A stretch of 20,000 nucleotides of DNA from an uncultured virus (IMG/VR IMGVR_UViG_3300034091_000306) (lineage: Duplodnaviria > Heunggongvirae > Uroviricota > Caudoviricetes): the IMG/VR virus record IMGVR_UViG_3300034091_000306. One strand, written 5' to 3'. Position 1 is the first letter of the stretch. Every line of letters begins with the position of its first letter. Below, piece after piece: positions 8,572 through 17,165 of this stretch. A program made the position numbers and the translations under genes. The notes beneath the pieces were generated by a model. It was not told the DNA's origin, made no database searches, and saw only the letters and a list, made by a program, of their open reading frames with translations.

Positions 8572-8702
8572 CTATCGCCGTCTACACATCCAGCCGATGC
8601 AAGAACTGCAAACGGCGGTATCGCTACCTCTGGACAACGCCGGTCACCGGCCTCTGCTCTCGGTGTGGTGGCTCTGCGCCGCCAAGGAAGCGCAAAACAT
8701 GA
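8568..8702 (+). CDS. 44-aa zinc-finger-like peptide (CKNC...CSRC), not in ORF track
   Basis: ATGA-coupled on both sides; MTIAVYTSSRCKNCKRRYRYLWTTPVTGLCSRCGG... Confidence 0.55.
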   Translation: MTIAVYTSSRCKNCKRRYRYLWTTPVTGLCSRCGGSAPPRKRKT

Positions 8703-9082
8703 TCATCGCCGCTCCCACCTACGCCATTCTGAAGCTGGACGATGGTTGGTTCGTCGTCCTCCGCCGTGTTGCTGGCGGAGTTCCGGCCGAGAACGATCCG
8801 GCCACGACGATCGCAACGCGCTCGGGGAGAGCGAAGCCGGCAAGGTTTCCGCCCGATCGGCGCGTAGAGGCTGAAGCCTTCATTTATACCCAACAGCTCG
8901 CCGACAAGGCCGCTGCGTCGCGCCTTCAAGTTACGCTCAGTGCAAGCGCAAACCCGAACGCAGACGAGCGTGCGGCTGTCGTTCGGTTCCTGCGTAGCTT
9001 CGAAGGACGATTTATGCCCGACGAGATCCCTTGGGATGCCATAGACGCCATCGAGCGCGGCGATCATCATCCATACCCATGA
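8699..9082 (+). CDS. Hypothetical protein
   Basis: ATGA coupling, AAGGA upstream. Confidence 0.65.
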   Translation: MIIAAPTYAILKLDDGWFVVLRRVAGGVPAENDPATTIATRSGRAKPARFPPDRRVEAEAFIYTQQLADKAAASRLQVTLSASANPNADERAAVVRFLRSFEGRFMPDEIPWDAIDAIERGDHHPYP

Positions 9083-9252
9083 GCCATCCTCTACAGCCCA
9101 TCGTCGAGGATCTCCTTCGCGAGATCCATCGGCAAGATCGTGCGCTACAGCGGGCGATCAACCGCGGTGACGATGCGTGGGCGACGATGCTCGCGAAGAA
9201 GGAGGGTCTACAGCAGGCCCTAAGCATCGTACTCAAACACAGGAATCGATGA
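9079..9252 (+). CDS. Small helical hypothetical protein
   Basis: ATGA coupling at both ends. Confidence 0.55.
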   Translation: MSHPLQPIVEDLLREIHRQDRALQRAINRGDDAWATMLAKKEGLQQALSIVLKHRNR

Positions 9253-9701
9253 TGGCTACGAAGTTTCGCATCGCGCAGCTGTTTGACTTCGCCGGGAACC
9301 TAGGCTTACGCACGCGCATCGGTGGCATCGATGCAACCTACACCCCGCAGACCCGAATTTGGGAAGGCATGATTACGCTCGGTATCTCTCCTCGCCTACT
9401 CGTTAGACGTCCGGAGATGGGTGTGAGATATCTCGCATCGCAACTCGCACACGAGCTAGGACACTACCTGATCGCTCCGAAATCGCGCAGGCGAAGGAAG
9501 GACTACGGCATTCCGCCTGATTCTACGTCCGCATTTTGGACGACGGACGAGACCAAGGCGCGCATCGTCGAACACTACATCCGAGCGTACTTTGGCGATC
9601 CGACGGCGCTCAAGGATCCCATCCGTCGGTTTGCGCGAAATCGTCGCAGCATGGGAGATCTGAAGGCGATCAGAAAGTGGTGGCAAGATGGTCAAGCATG
9701 A
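9249..9701 (+). CDS. HExxH motif protein (zincin/ImmA-IrrE-like metallopeptidase fold)
   Basis: LAHELGHY motif with a downstream E (DETKA). Confidence 0.55.
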   Translation: MMATKFRIAQLFDFAGNLGLRTRIGGIDATYTPQTRIWEGMITLGISPRLLVRRPEMGVRYLASQLAHELGHYLIAPKSRRRRKDYGIPPDSTSAFWTTDETKARIVEHYIRAYFGDPTALKDPIRRFARNRRSMGDLKAIRKWWQDGQA

Positions 9702-9767
9702 GCTGTCATGCTTCAAGCGTCACGTGTCTCCTAAGCGCATTCAACGCATTACGCAGAGGCGCAAACG

Positions 9768-10193
9768 ATGAACGACGAAGACGAAGTCAAAAGGTACCTC
9801 AAGACAATAGGCGGCATGCTCAAAGAAGAAATCCCGTCGGATGTCTGCTTCGTACTTTTCATCTACAAACAATCACGCCGCGAAGCGTTCTACGTCTCTA
9901 ATGGAAACCGCGCCGACGTGCTAAATGCACTCGACGAATGGCTCGTGAAGACAAGCGGCGCGCTCAACGTTGGGAAGAACGAAAAGAAGGCGAAGACGCC
10001 CGAGCATATCGACAGTCGCTTGGAGCTGGAGCGCAAATGCGCCGAGATCGGCAAGGTTATCGCCGGAGCCGCGAAGCTCTCGCTCTTCCTGTTTTCATTC
10101 GGTGAGAACGGAAGCGCGGCGTACTACACGAATGAACCCTCAGCGAGAAAGAACATCGCCGCATGGATCAAGCAACGCAGGAGCCTCTCATGA
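9768..10193 (+). CDS. Hypothetical protein with two similar halves
   Basis: IGG..FVLFIY...AFYVSNG is echoed by IGK..LFLFSFG...AYYTNE. Confidence 0.7.
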   Translation: MNDEDEVKRYLKTIGGMLKEEIPSDVCFVLFIYKQSRREAFYVSNGNRADVLNALDEWLVKTSGALNVGKNEKKAKTPEHIDSRLELERKCAEIGKVIAGAAKLSLFLFSFGENGSAAYYTNEPSARKNIAAWIKQRRSLS

Positions 10194-10705
10194 AAAAGAT
10201 CGGCTACGCGCTGCTACTCGCAGCGGCGTGCGGAGGTTCTCCGTTCGAAATCTCCGCCGACGATGCTGGATCGCGTGTTGTCGATGCTACCGCTGCCGAA
10301 GCGAGCGTTGACTCCGCTACCGAAGCAAGCATTGATGGTACTGTATCCAACGATGCGGGCAACAGTGATAGCGGCATCGCGCTGGACAGCAGCGTCCTTG
10401 ATAGCGGAGAAAGACTCGATGCGGGGATCGATGTCATCGAAGTAGATTCTTGTGCTACCAGACCCTCGGTGACAAACAGTTCTTGTGCGGGACAGGAAAT
10501 TACATATCCCAGCAACTTCTGTCTTTTTCTAATCACCGATGCTGTGAGCACTGGGGAATACATGACCGAAATCACGCCCGCCGCGTGCGCGTCGTGGTGC
10601 ACATTCACATGCGCGTGCTTGATCGAAGCCGGCACATGCGGAACCGGAGCACCGGCTTGCATGTTTTATTCAACAAGCTTTATCTTGGAATGCGATGATC
10701 GATGA
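10190..10705 (+). CDS. Predicted lipoprotein with D-A/S-G low-complexity linker and Cys-rich C-terminal domain
   Basis: MKK-hydrophobic-LAAAC lipobox; repeated DAG/DSG/EAS units; RBS AGGAG. Confidence 0.75.
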   Translation: MKKIGYALLLAAACGGSPFEISADDAGSRVVDATAAEASVDSATEASIDGTVSNDAGNSDSGIALDSSVLDSGERLDAGIDVIEVDSCATRPSVTNSSCAGQEITYPSNFCLFLITDAVSTGEYMTEITPAACASWCTFTCACLIEAGTCGTGAPACMFYSTSFILECDDR

Positions 10706-10781
10706 AGAAGCCTCCGATGCAACCGATCTACCTCGACGGAACGCCACACACAAAACATTGACAACAGAAAAGGAAAAACGA

Positions 10782-11219
10782 ATGGCAGCCACAAAGAAAG
10801 TTCCCGTAGTGAACATCAAGGATGCGAAGCCTGTATCCGTCAAGGAACCCAAGCCTAAAACCGTCAAGGAAAAATCGTCGAAACGTGTCTACAAGCAATG
10901 GGTCACCGGAGATGACGCTTTGACTTTGCACCTGACAATCGATCCTGATGACGAAGACAACCCGATTGTCGTTGACGTGCAGGACAACGAAAGCGAAGAG
11001 ATCGTAACGCTCGCGATCGACACTAGCGGATGCAAAGAAATTGCAGAGCTGCTCGACAAGGCGCGATCGGTGATCATTGCCGTCGAATTAGGCAAACAAG
11101 TGGAAAGCGATCCCGAGCCTCCGGAAGAGGATGAAGATCCTGACGACCAGCAAGTCGAGATCGACGAAGAAGAGGAAGAAGAAGAGGAGGAGGAAGAGGA
11201 GGAAGAAGAGACCGAGTAG
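10782..11219 (+). CDS. Hypothetical protein with basic N-terminus and poly-Glu acidic tail
   Basis: RBS AAGGA; ends in a long Glu run. Confidence 0.75.
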   Translation: MAATKKVPVVNIKDAKPVSVKEPKPKTVKEKSSKRVYKQWVTGDDALTLHLTIDPDDEDNPIVVDVQDNESEEIVTLAIDTSGCKEIAELLDKARSVIIAVELGKQVESDPEPPEEDEDPDDQQVEIDEEEEEEEEEEEEEEETE

Positions 11220-11237
11220 AAATGCGGTCTCGTCTTG

Positions 11238-11285
11238 CTGCATTACACCGTAGTGCAGTTTCTGCTTGACGGTGTATAGCAGAAA
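11238..11285 (+). promoter_or_regulatory. Intergenic double hairpin with complementary loops, overlapping TTGACG (-35-like)
   Basis: CTGCATTA/TAGTGCAG and TTTCTGCT/AGCAGAAA stems; TACACCGT(11244-11251) is complementary to ACGGTGTA(11269-11276). Confidence 0.5.
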
Positions 11286-11319
11286 TGGTACCCACAGTTG
11301 ACCGAGAGGTAGGGAGAGA

Positions 11320-11805
11320 ATGGCAGCAGCAAGAAGCGCTCGTGTGGCTGCAAAACACCGCACGAAGAGGAAGGGTACACCCCCAAGAGGCTCCAACGGA
11401 GACGAGTACCTCTACGCGATGGGCCCCCTCGGAGCAGCTCAGGTCCGCATCGAACGCGAGGGCGAGCGGCTGAGAAAGTGGATGCTCAAGCTGAAGGGTT
11501 TCGCCCTCCCATCAAGCGACGCCGTTGATGCGCTCGAGGAGGCATGCCTTCAGGTAACGAAGGCGGTAAGAGCCCTCAGCAGGATCCCGGAGAGCTGGCG
11601 TCCCGCACGCGGTACATTGGGGATGGCCCCAATCGAAGAGGGAGCCATGGTCGAGGTTCGTGCAAAACATCAAGGCAAGTACGAAGGCATCATCGACGGC
11701 GACACGTCGATGAGAGTTCTGAAGATCGTAGGAGGGCGCGTGATCGTAGATCTGGGAAAGGGGCTCAAGATGCCGATCCTTCGCGCGCACGTCGTGGCGG
11801 TCTGA
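11320..11805 (+). CDS. Hypothetical basic protein, possible C-terminal SH3/KOW-like beta domain
   Basis: RBS GGGAGAG; beta-rich C-terminus (GAMVEVR...MRVLKIVGGRVIVD). Confidence 0.7.
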   Translation: MAAARSARVAAKHRTKRKGTPPRGSNGDEYLYAMGPLGAAQVRIEREGERLRKWMLKLKGFALPSSDAVDALEEACLQVTKAVRALSRIPESWRPARGTLGMAPIEEGAMVEVRAKHQGKYEGIIDGDTSMRVLKIVGGRVIVDLGKGLKMPILRAHVVAV

Positions 11806-11806
11806 G

Positions 11807-12490
11807 ATGATTGACGACAACCCGCTCGAGCCGCAAGGCTGCGCTGCCTGCGACCTCGGCGAGAAGTTCACAGACGAACGCGCGTTCGTTCACACGGGCG
11901 TTGGCGCCTTCTGCAAGGGGAAACAAATCACGAAGGTGCCAGACCTCGGTGTTGACGTCGTCGAGAGTGTTGTATTCACAAAACGAAAGCCGGGACGCCC
12001 ACGCAAGGTGCCCGACGGGGCCCCCACAGTGGGGGGCTCGGCTACGGTCGAGATCAACGCGCTCGTCATGGGCGTCGTCCCGACCGATGTGGCGCGCCTC
12101 TCAGGCCAGCGTGCGACCGGACACCCATCTGTGGGTGCCCCGTCGGGCAGTGTGCAGCCAACACCGCCCGCAGCCGCAGCTGCCCCGAACAACAAGTGCG
12201 GGAAATGCGGAGCCGTCGGTCATGTCGAGCAAGATTGTTGGGTGACCGCGCGTGATGCAGCGAAGCGCGGTATCTCTGCCGCGGATCTCAAGAAGGCGTT
12301 ACTCGTTCCGAAGAAGATTGCTGCAGCGCAGAAGGCAGCGGCGACGAACGGGTGTACAATCTGCGGCGGAACCAAACACAGCACGGATGATTGTCCAGCG
12401 AATCCGGCGAATCCGCCATGTGACACGTGCGGTCTCCGTCACAGCAACGCTGGTCCGTGTCCGAACGCCAAGTTCTTCAAGAAGAGGTGA
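11807..12490 (+). CDS. Nucleic-acid-binding protein with AT-hook and CCHC zinc knuckles
   Basis: KRKPGRPRK AT-hook; CGKCGAVGHVEQDC and CTICGGTKHSTDDC (CX2CX4HX4C); further CDTCGLRH..C. Confidence 0.7.
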   Translation: MIDDNPLEPQGCAACDLGEKFTDERAFVHTGVGAFCKGKQITKVPDLGVDVVESVVFTKRKPGRPRKVPDGAPTVGGSATVEINALVMGVVPTDVARLSGQRATGHPSVGAPSGSVQPTPPAAAAAPNNKCGKCGAVGHVEQDCWVTARDAAKRGISAADLKKALLVPKKIAAAQKAAATNGCTICGGTKHSTDDCPANPANPPCDTCGLRHSNAGPCPNAKFFKKR

Positions 12491-12585
12491 GAGATGGCTG
12501 ACGAAGTGTATGCGCGTTTCAAGTGCATACAAGAAGCGGATGTCTCGGCATCGTGTAACTCACGCGCAATGGGCGGAGAAGAAAA

Positions 12586-13080
12586 ATGGCTGACGAAGAG
12601 AGCACATTCAAGGACGAGATCACGACGCCTGCCGATCGCACGCACGTGGATGTGCTGAAGCGTAACAAGTGGGCGCGCATTCGGCAGGATACGCTGATGG
12701 ATTGGGCTCAGATTGAGGGTCCGATTTCAACAGCGCGTGAGGACGAGCTGATTCGCATACGCTTCGGTGCGCGTTCAACAGCAACCGTACGTCGACGCTG
12801 GGCGACTTGCACTCGTGAGGACTTGATTGCGTGGTTGAAGGAACAGGACGAGGAACCGCTCCCTGCGATCAGTGCACAGGCGCGGCGCTTCTTCAAGGCA
12901 TCGGACATCGCCGCCGTTCGTCTCGATCGCGATGGAGCGCGGATCGCTGTTTATGTCGGGACACCGCCAGACTTCGTCAAGGGTCCGTACGATCCGGGAT
13001 CGGACGATCCGTGGACGAAGAACCTGCTTGCGGTCTGGATGAAGGACGGGGAGCCGGATTCGGAGCCAGAGGGGCTGTGA
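12586..13080 (+). CDS. Hypothetical protein
   Basis: GGAG RBS; GTGA-coupled to the next gene. Confidence 0.7.
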   Translation: MADEESTFKDEITTPADRTHVDVLKRNKWARIRQDTLMDWAQIEGPISTAREDELIRIRFGARSTATVRRRWATCTREDLIAWLKEQDEEPLPAISAQARRFFKASDIAAVRLDRDGARIAVYVGTPPDFVKGPYDPGSDDPWTKNLLAVWMKDGEPDSEPEGL

Positions 13081-13616
13081 AAGTTCCTGATTTCAAGTTG
13101 CTCGAAGACGCCGTCGCTCCACGCATTCTCGATGCGGCCCGCGCGGCGTCGAAAGCGTTGACGGCCGCCGGCATTCGTCATGTACTCATCGGAGGCTTAG
13201 CCGTCGGCGCATGGGGCTACATTCGTGCGACCAAAGACGCTGACTTTTTGGTGGGGCCAGAGGCCTTTGAGCAACATGCTGGAGGTATCGTTACGTTCAA
13301 ACCCGGCGTACCGATTGAGATTGGCGGTGTTCCAGTAGATCTACTCATGGTTGATCGCGTTGGAGAGCTTGATATGGATCAGGAAGATCCTCTGAAAAGC
13401 AGAGGTATTCCGATTGTCGATATCGAGCTTCTTGTCTATCTAAAACTTGTCGCGTTTCGGCGGCGAGACAAAGAAGACGTCGTCGCACTACTGAAGGCCG
13501 GACACAACGATCGAGAAATCCGTACGTTTTTGGAGAACACACGGTCCTTTTGGGCTGGGTCCCACGATTTGCTTGATCGTTTCGAGGAACTTGTTCGATT
13601 TGCGGATGAGGACTGA
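13077..13616 (+). CDS. Nucleotidyltransferase, Pol-beta superfamily (AbiEii/DUF6036-like)
   Basis: LIGGLAV...RATKDADFLV (GG + RxTxDxD) and the C-terminal LKL..RxxDxxD signature; GTG start coupled to the upstream stop. Confidence 0.8.
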   Translation: MKVPDFKLLEDAVAPRILDAARAASKALTAAGIRHVLIGGLAVGAWGYIRATKDADFLVGPEAFEQHAGGIVTFKPGVPIEIGGVPVDLLMVDRVGELDMDQEDPLKSRGIPIVDIELLVYLKLVAFRRRDKEDVVALLKAGHNDREIRTFLENTRSFWAGSHDLLDRFEELVRFADED

Positions 13617-13634
13617 CTGTCCAAGGAGATCGAA

Positions 13635-14108
13635 ATGAAAGCCACGTCGAAGAACAAGATCGTCAACGAAGAGGAGAAGGATGAGTACATCGATCTCATC
13701 CAAACGAACCTCTCCGCGACGTTTCGCACGCTCCAATATTTGGGACGCACGACGTCTGTATCTGGAAGTGCGCAAGGCATCCTTCTTCGCGAGCTCGCAG
13801 AGTTCGTAGCCGGCGAACTACTCGATGCAGGGCAAGATCCAGAGGAGGCCGAAGAAACATTACTGAAGGCGCTCGAAGACGTCATCGACTCCTCGGAGGA
13901 AGAGGAGGAGGAGGAAGAGGGGAACGAACAACTGCCTTCTATTTCATCTCCAGACAGCGGCTTCGGGCGATCCGTGAAGAATATGATGCAACCAATCATC
14001 ACAAATCCCGTTCCGGTGAAGGAGGTTCGTCCGGTCGGCGGCCTACCGGGGCCCGGTATCGATCCACGCGATGGCGCGGCGGGTGGTGAGGACATCGGCA
14101 ACGATTGA
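13635..14108 (+). CDS. Acidic hypothetical protein
   Basis: RBS AAGGAG; Glu-rich tract. Confidence 0.7.
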   Translation: MKATSKNKIVNEEEKDEYIDLIQTNLSATFRTLQYLGRTTSVSGSAQGILLRELAEFVAGELLDAGQDPEEAEETLLKALEDVIDSSEEEEEEEEGNEQLPSISSPDSGFGRSVKNMMQPIITNPVPVKEVRPVGGLPGPGIDPRDGAAGGEDIGND

Positions 14109-14265
14109 TGGTTGATGGAGGCGAGGATTCGGTAGCGATGGGTGTACCCGTCCGGTCACTGCGTTATCGCGCCGAACGACGTCCGCTTTTTGAAAGCGAC
14201 GATCGCGAGTCCGCCCGTGTCCCCGAAGGGTCATCCGTGAGGACTACATCGCAAAGGATGCGGAG

Positions 14266-14724
14266 ATGAGTTCGCAAGACGACTTCGGCGATCGCATGAA
14301 GCTCTACGAGGGGCTGACGAACGTGCGTCTACTTCCAGGCGCCATCGTCTGCGCGCGTCTCGACGGGCGCAACTTCCACTCGTTCACGAAGCACGCGAAG
14401 CGGCCGTTCAGCGAGACGTTCCACCGAATGATGGTAAACGTGACGGAGCACCTCGTCGTCGAGAGCTGCGCGACTGTCGGCTACACGCAGTCCGATGAGA
14501 TTAGCCTCGCGTGGCTCGATCACCCGTTCTTCGACGGCAATGCTCAGAAGATGTGCTCGACGCTGGCCGCGATGGCGAGCGTGCGCCTGAACGCACTGGC
14601 GTGGCACTACGATGACGGAAAGGCCAGCCGCGACGTCAAGGCTGGGCTCAAGTGGTCGCAGGACCCGACGTTCGACTGCCGCGTGTGGGTCGTGCCGTCG
14701 ATCGTCGAGGCGGCCACGACCGTC
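14266..14724 (+). pseudogene. thg1: Thg1-like tRNA(His) guanylyltransferase, N-terminal half (translated as an in-frame fusion running to 15243)
   Basis: GDRMKLYE, RLDGRNFHSFT, YTQSDEISL, FDGNAQK and FDCRVWVVP are canonical Thg1/TLP motifs; similarity ends after PSIVEAA. Junction uncertain by roughly +/-10 bp. Confidence 0.9.
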
Positions 14725-15243
14725 ACCGACTGGAACAGGGAGAAGGAGACGTACAACACGAAGCCGTCCCCCGAGCAGGACGTCTTTCTTACTCCCCGCT
14801 ACGCGCTCCAGCAGCTTGGCACCGAGTGGGGCCGGAGCTGCTACCCGAACATCTGGGTCGACTACGCTCTCCGCACGGCGAAGAAGCTCCTCGAGGAGGA
14901 TCGCCGTGAGCCCAACATGGTGAACTACTACTCGGCCAAGTCCGGGCTGATGTTCGTGGGGGGCTTGGAGAAGCCGGTGGGCGTCGCCATCTCCGACGTC
15001 CGCTTCAAGAACGAGATCGACGCCATCCATGAGGCCGGCGGCATCATCATCCGCATGTCGCGTGGAACCGGGCTCTCTGGCGTCGCCGGAGAGCATCGTT
15101 CCGAGACCGAGCAGCAGGGGCTCGACGACGAGCTCTTCGACATCACCATCGACAACCGTGAGTGGTCCCTCGAGCAGCTGGAGTCGTACATCGACCAGAT
15201 CGCCTGGGCCCACGTGGGAACGCACAAGGAGAAGACGACATGA
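14725..15243 (+). pseudogene. Deoxynucleoside monophosphate kinase (T4 gp1-like), C-terminal part lacking the P-loop, fused to the Thg1 N-half
   Basis: TPRYALQQLGTEWGR...IWV, ISDVRFKNE and HRSE motifs of phage dNMP kinases; no GxxGxGK Walker A upstream. Confidence 0.85.
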
Positions 15244-15920
15244 AGTCCATGCCCGACATGAACGAGTTCGCGAAGAAGTGCCACATCGCCTCCGAGGCGA
15301 AGGGGTGGACGAATCTGAAGCGCACCGATGCGCAGACGATCAACCTGATGGTCTCCGAGCTCTCGGAGGCGATCGAGGACTTCCGCGACCGTCACGCGGA
15401 CAACGAGATCTACTACGAGGTGAAGATCAAGGTCGGTGACAACGTCGAGGTGAAGAAGGTCACGGACCTGACCGTTCTAGCGAACCTGAAGCTCCTCGAC
15501 GGGAAGTTCGGCCGTGGCGACGTCTACCTCGGCTCGAAGCCCTGCGGCATCCCGATCGAGCTCGCCGATTGCATCATCCGCATCGGCCAGCACTGCGGCA
15601 CGCACAAGTACGAGCTCGCCGGCGCCATGGGCAACAGCCAGTGGGCGACGATGAAGCACCGCACCGACATCAACGAGGCCATCGCTGATGCATCCCTGCA
15701 CCTCTCGATGGCCTGGATGTACTCCCCGCAGTCCGGTCTGGTCACTGGTGAGGGAGCGAAGGTCGTCGGTCCGGAGATGATGGCGATGCACCTCGCCGGC
15801 GCGCTCTGGTCGATTCTCTACTTCTGCGAGGGCGCTCGGATCGACATCTGGGACGCGGTCGACATGAAGATGTCCTACAACGACACGCGCCCGATGCTTC
15901 ACGGCGGCAAGGCGATCTGA
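15240..15920 (+). CDS. MazG-like NTP pyrophosphohydrolase (all-alpha NTP-PPase family)
   Basis: LMVSELSEAIEDFR...IELADCIIRI...KMSYNDTRPMLHGGK; ATGA coupling with RBS AAGGAG. Confidence 0.8.
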   Translation: MKSMPDMNEFAKKCHIASEAKGWTNLKRTDAQTINLMVSELSEAIEDFRDRHADNEIYYEVKIKVGDNVEVKKVTDLTVLANLKLLDGKFGRGDVYLGSKPCGIPIELADCIIRIGQHCGTHKYELAGAMGNSQWATMKHRTDINEAIADASLHLSMAWMYSPQSGLVTGEGAKVVGPEMMAMHLAGALWSILYFCEGARIDIWDAVDMKMSYNDTRPMLHGGKAI

Positions 15921-16519
15921 TGCTCGACGGCAATCAGGTCGTTCTCCTGGACGTGGACGACGTCGTCTGTCGCTGCGTCCAGGGGATGGCCAACGAGGCA
16001 GGGAAGAAGCTCGGCGTCGAGATCAGCGAGGACGACGTCAAGACGTGGGACTTCCACGACACCATCGATGGGCCCGGTCTCAAGGAGCACATCGAGGAGA
16101 AGATGAGCGAGAAGGGCTGGTGCCTCTCGCTCGAGCCCTTCCCTGGGGCGATCGAGGGCGTGAAGCGCTTGATGACGATCGCCGAGATCTTCTTCGTCAC
16201 TGCTCCCTTTCACGGGGAGCACTGGATGCACGAGCGCCGCTCGTGGCTCTACTCGAACTTCGGCGTCGATCGTGACCGCGTCATCCAGGGGCACTCGAAG
16301 TTCCTGGTGCGTGGAGACGTCTTCGTCGACGACAAGGTCGAGAACCTGGTCCGCTGGGAGAAGTACGGCAGGGAGAACAACATGAGCGGCGTTCCAGTCC
16401 TCTGGGATCGACCGCACAACCGACTTCACCCTGGAGCGGGTTCCCTCTACCGTATCGGCAGTTGGGGTCAACTGTACGACTTCGTGAAGAGAGGACCACG
16501 TGGCAAGGAAGAAGGCTGA
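15920..16519 (+). CDS. HAD-family 5'(3')-deoxyribonucleotidase (NT5C-like)
   Basis: LLDVDDVV motif I, FVTAP, GDVFVDDKVENL, LWDRPHN. Confidence 0.85.
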   Translation: MLDGNQVVLLDVDDVVCRCVQGMANEAGKKLGVEISEDDVKTWDFHDTIDGPGLKEHIEEKMSEKGWCLSLEPFPGAIEGVKRLMTIAEIFFVTAPFHGEHWMHERRSWLYSNFGVDRDRVIQGHSKFLVRGDVFVDDKVENLVRWEKYGRENNMSGVPVLWDRPHNRLHPGAGSLYRIGSWGQLYDFVKRGPRGKEEG

Positions 16520-16763
16520 GAAGCCCCAGGAGACTCGAGAGCGCGTAGCGGGCCCGGACCGCATCAAGTTCCTGCGCTCCGAGCTCCCTGGACTCGATGC
16601 GGAGCTCGAGAGCATCTACAACGTCATGGCTGCTGCAGGCAGGGAGCCGAGCGAGAAGGTTCAACGCCTGATACTCTGGGTGAAGCAGGAGACTGCCGTT
16701 CTGAACGACCCAGAGTACGACCCGGACTTCAAGTGCGAGGAGTGCGGATCAGGGCAAGGGTGA
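16500..16763 (+). CDS. Hypothetical protein
   Basis: GAGAGGA RBS before GTG; C-terminal CEEC. Confidence 0.65.
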   Translation: MARKKAEKPQETRERVAGPDRIKFLRSELPGLDAELESIYNVMAAAGREPSEKVQRLILWVKQETAVLNDPEYDPDFKCEECGSGQG

Positions 16764-16765
16764 GC

Positions 16766-17165
16766 ATGAGCGCGAGAACGCCGAAGAAGATGCCTCCTGG
16801 AATCCAACGACAGATGGCGCCCCCTCCGGGGGCACGGGTTCGCTTCAAGACGGTAGCGATCAAGGAGAGCGACGCGATCAAGTTCGCCAAGAAGCACGAG
16901 GACGCGCTGAACGAGCTCGTCGCCGATGGGTGGAACATCGCAGGGATGATGCAGAGGGGGGAGGCGCTCATCATCAGCGCGCAGCGACTCGAGGTCCCCC
17001 CGCTGCCTCCTCCGCCTTCGCAGGCTGAGCCTGAAGAGGCTCCTCCGTTCACGCTCCCCCAGAGCACGACGGACGACGGGCACGTGGAGATCGTGTACTC
17101 GTTCATCGAGAGGGGGAAGCATCGGTCGGTCACCTGTCTGTCGATGCCCGACGCGATGAATCACG
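16766..17165 (+). pseudogene. Hypothetical protein truncated at the right junction (frame reads on out of phase through the thg1 C-half to 17464)
   Basis: Protein-like up to ...MPDAMNH; afterwards the Arg/Ala-rich text is the shadow of the thg1 frame. Confidence 0.6.

Larger units (their letters stand above)
14725..17165 (+). other. ~2.44 kb inserted block interrupting thg1; no transposase, integrase or terminal repeats seen
   Basis: Thg1 motifs stop at about 14724 and resume at 17166; the block starts and ends within genes. Confidence 0.85.

Noticed and set aside
14725..17165. Group I/II intron, intein or IS as the thg1 insert
   Set aside because: The block is fully occupied by coupled ORFs with stops, leaving no room for a ribozyme core. 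There are no intein C/S...HN ends, no RT, transposase or endonuclease, and no terminal inverted repeats.
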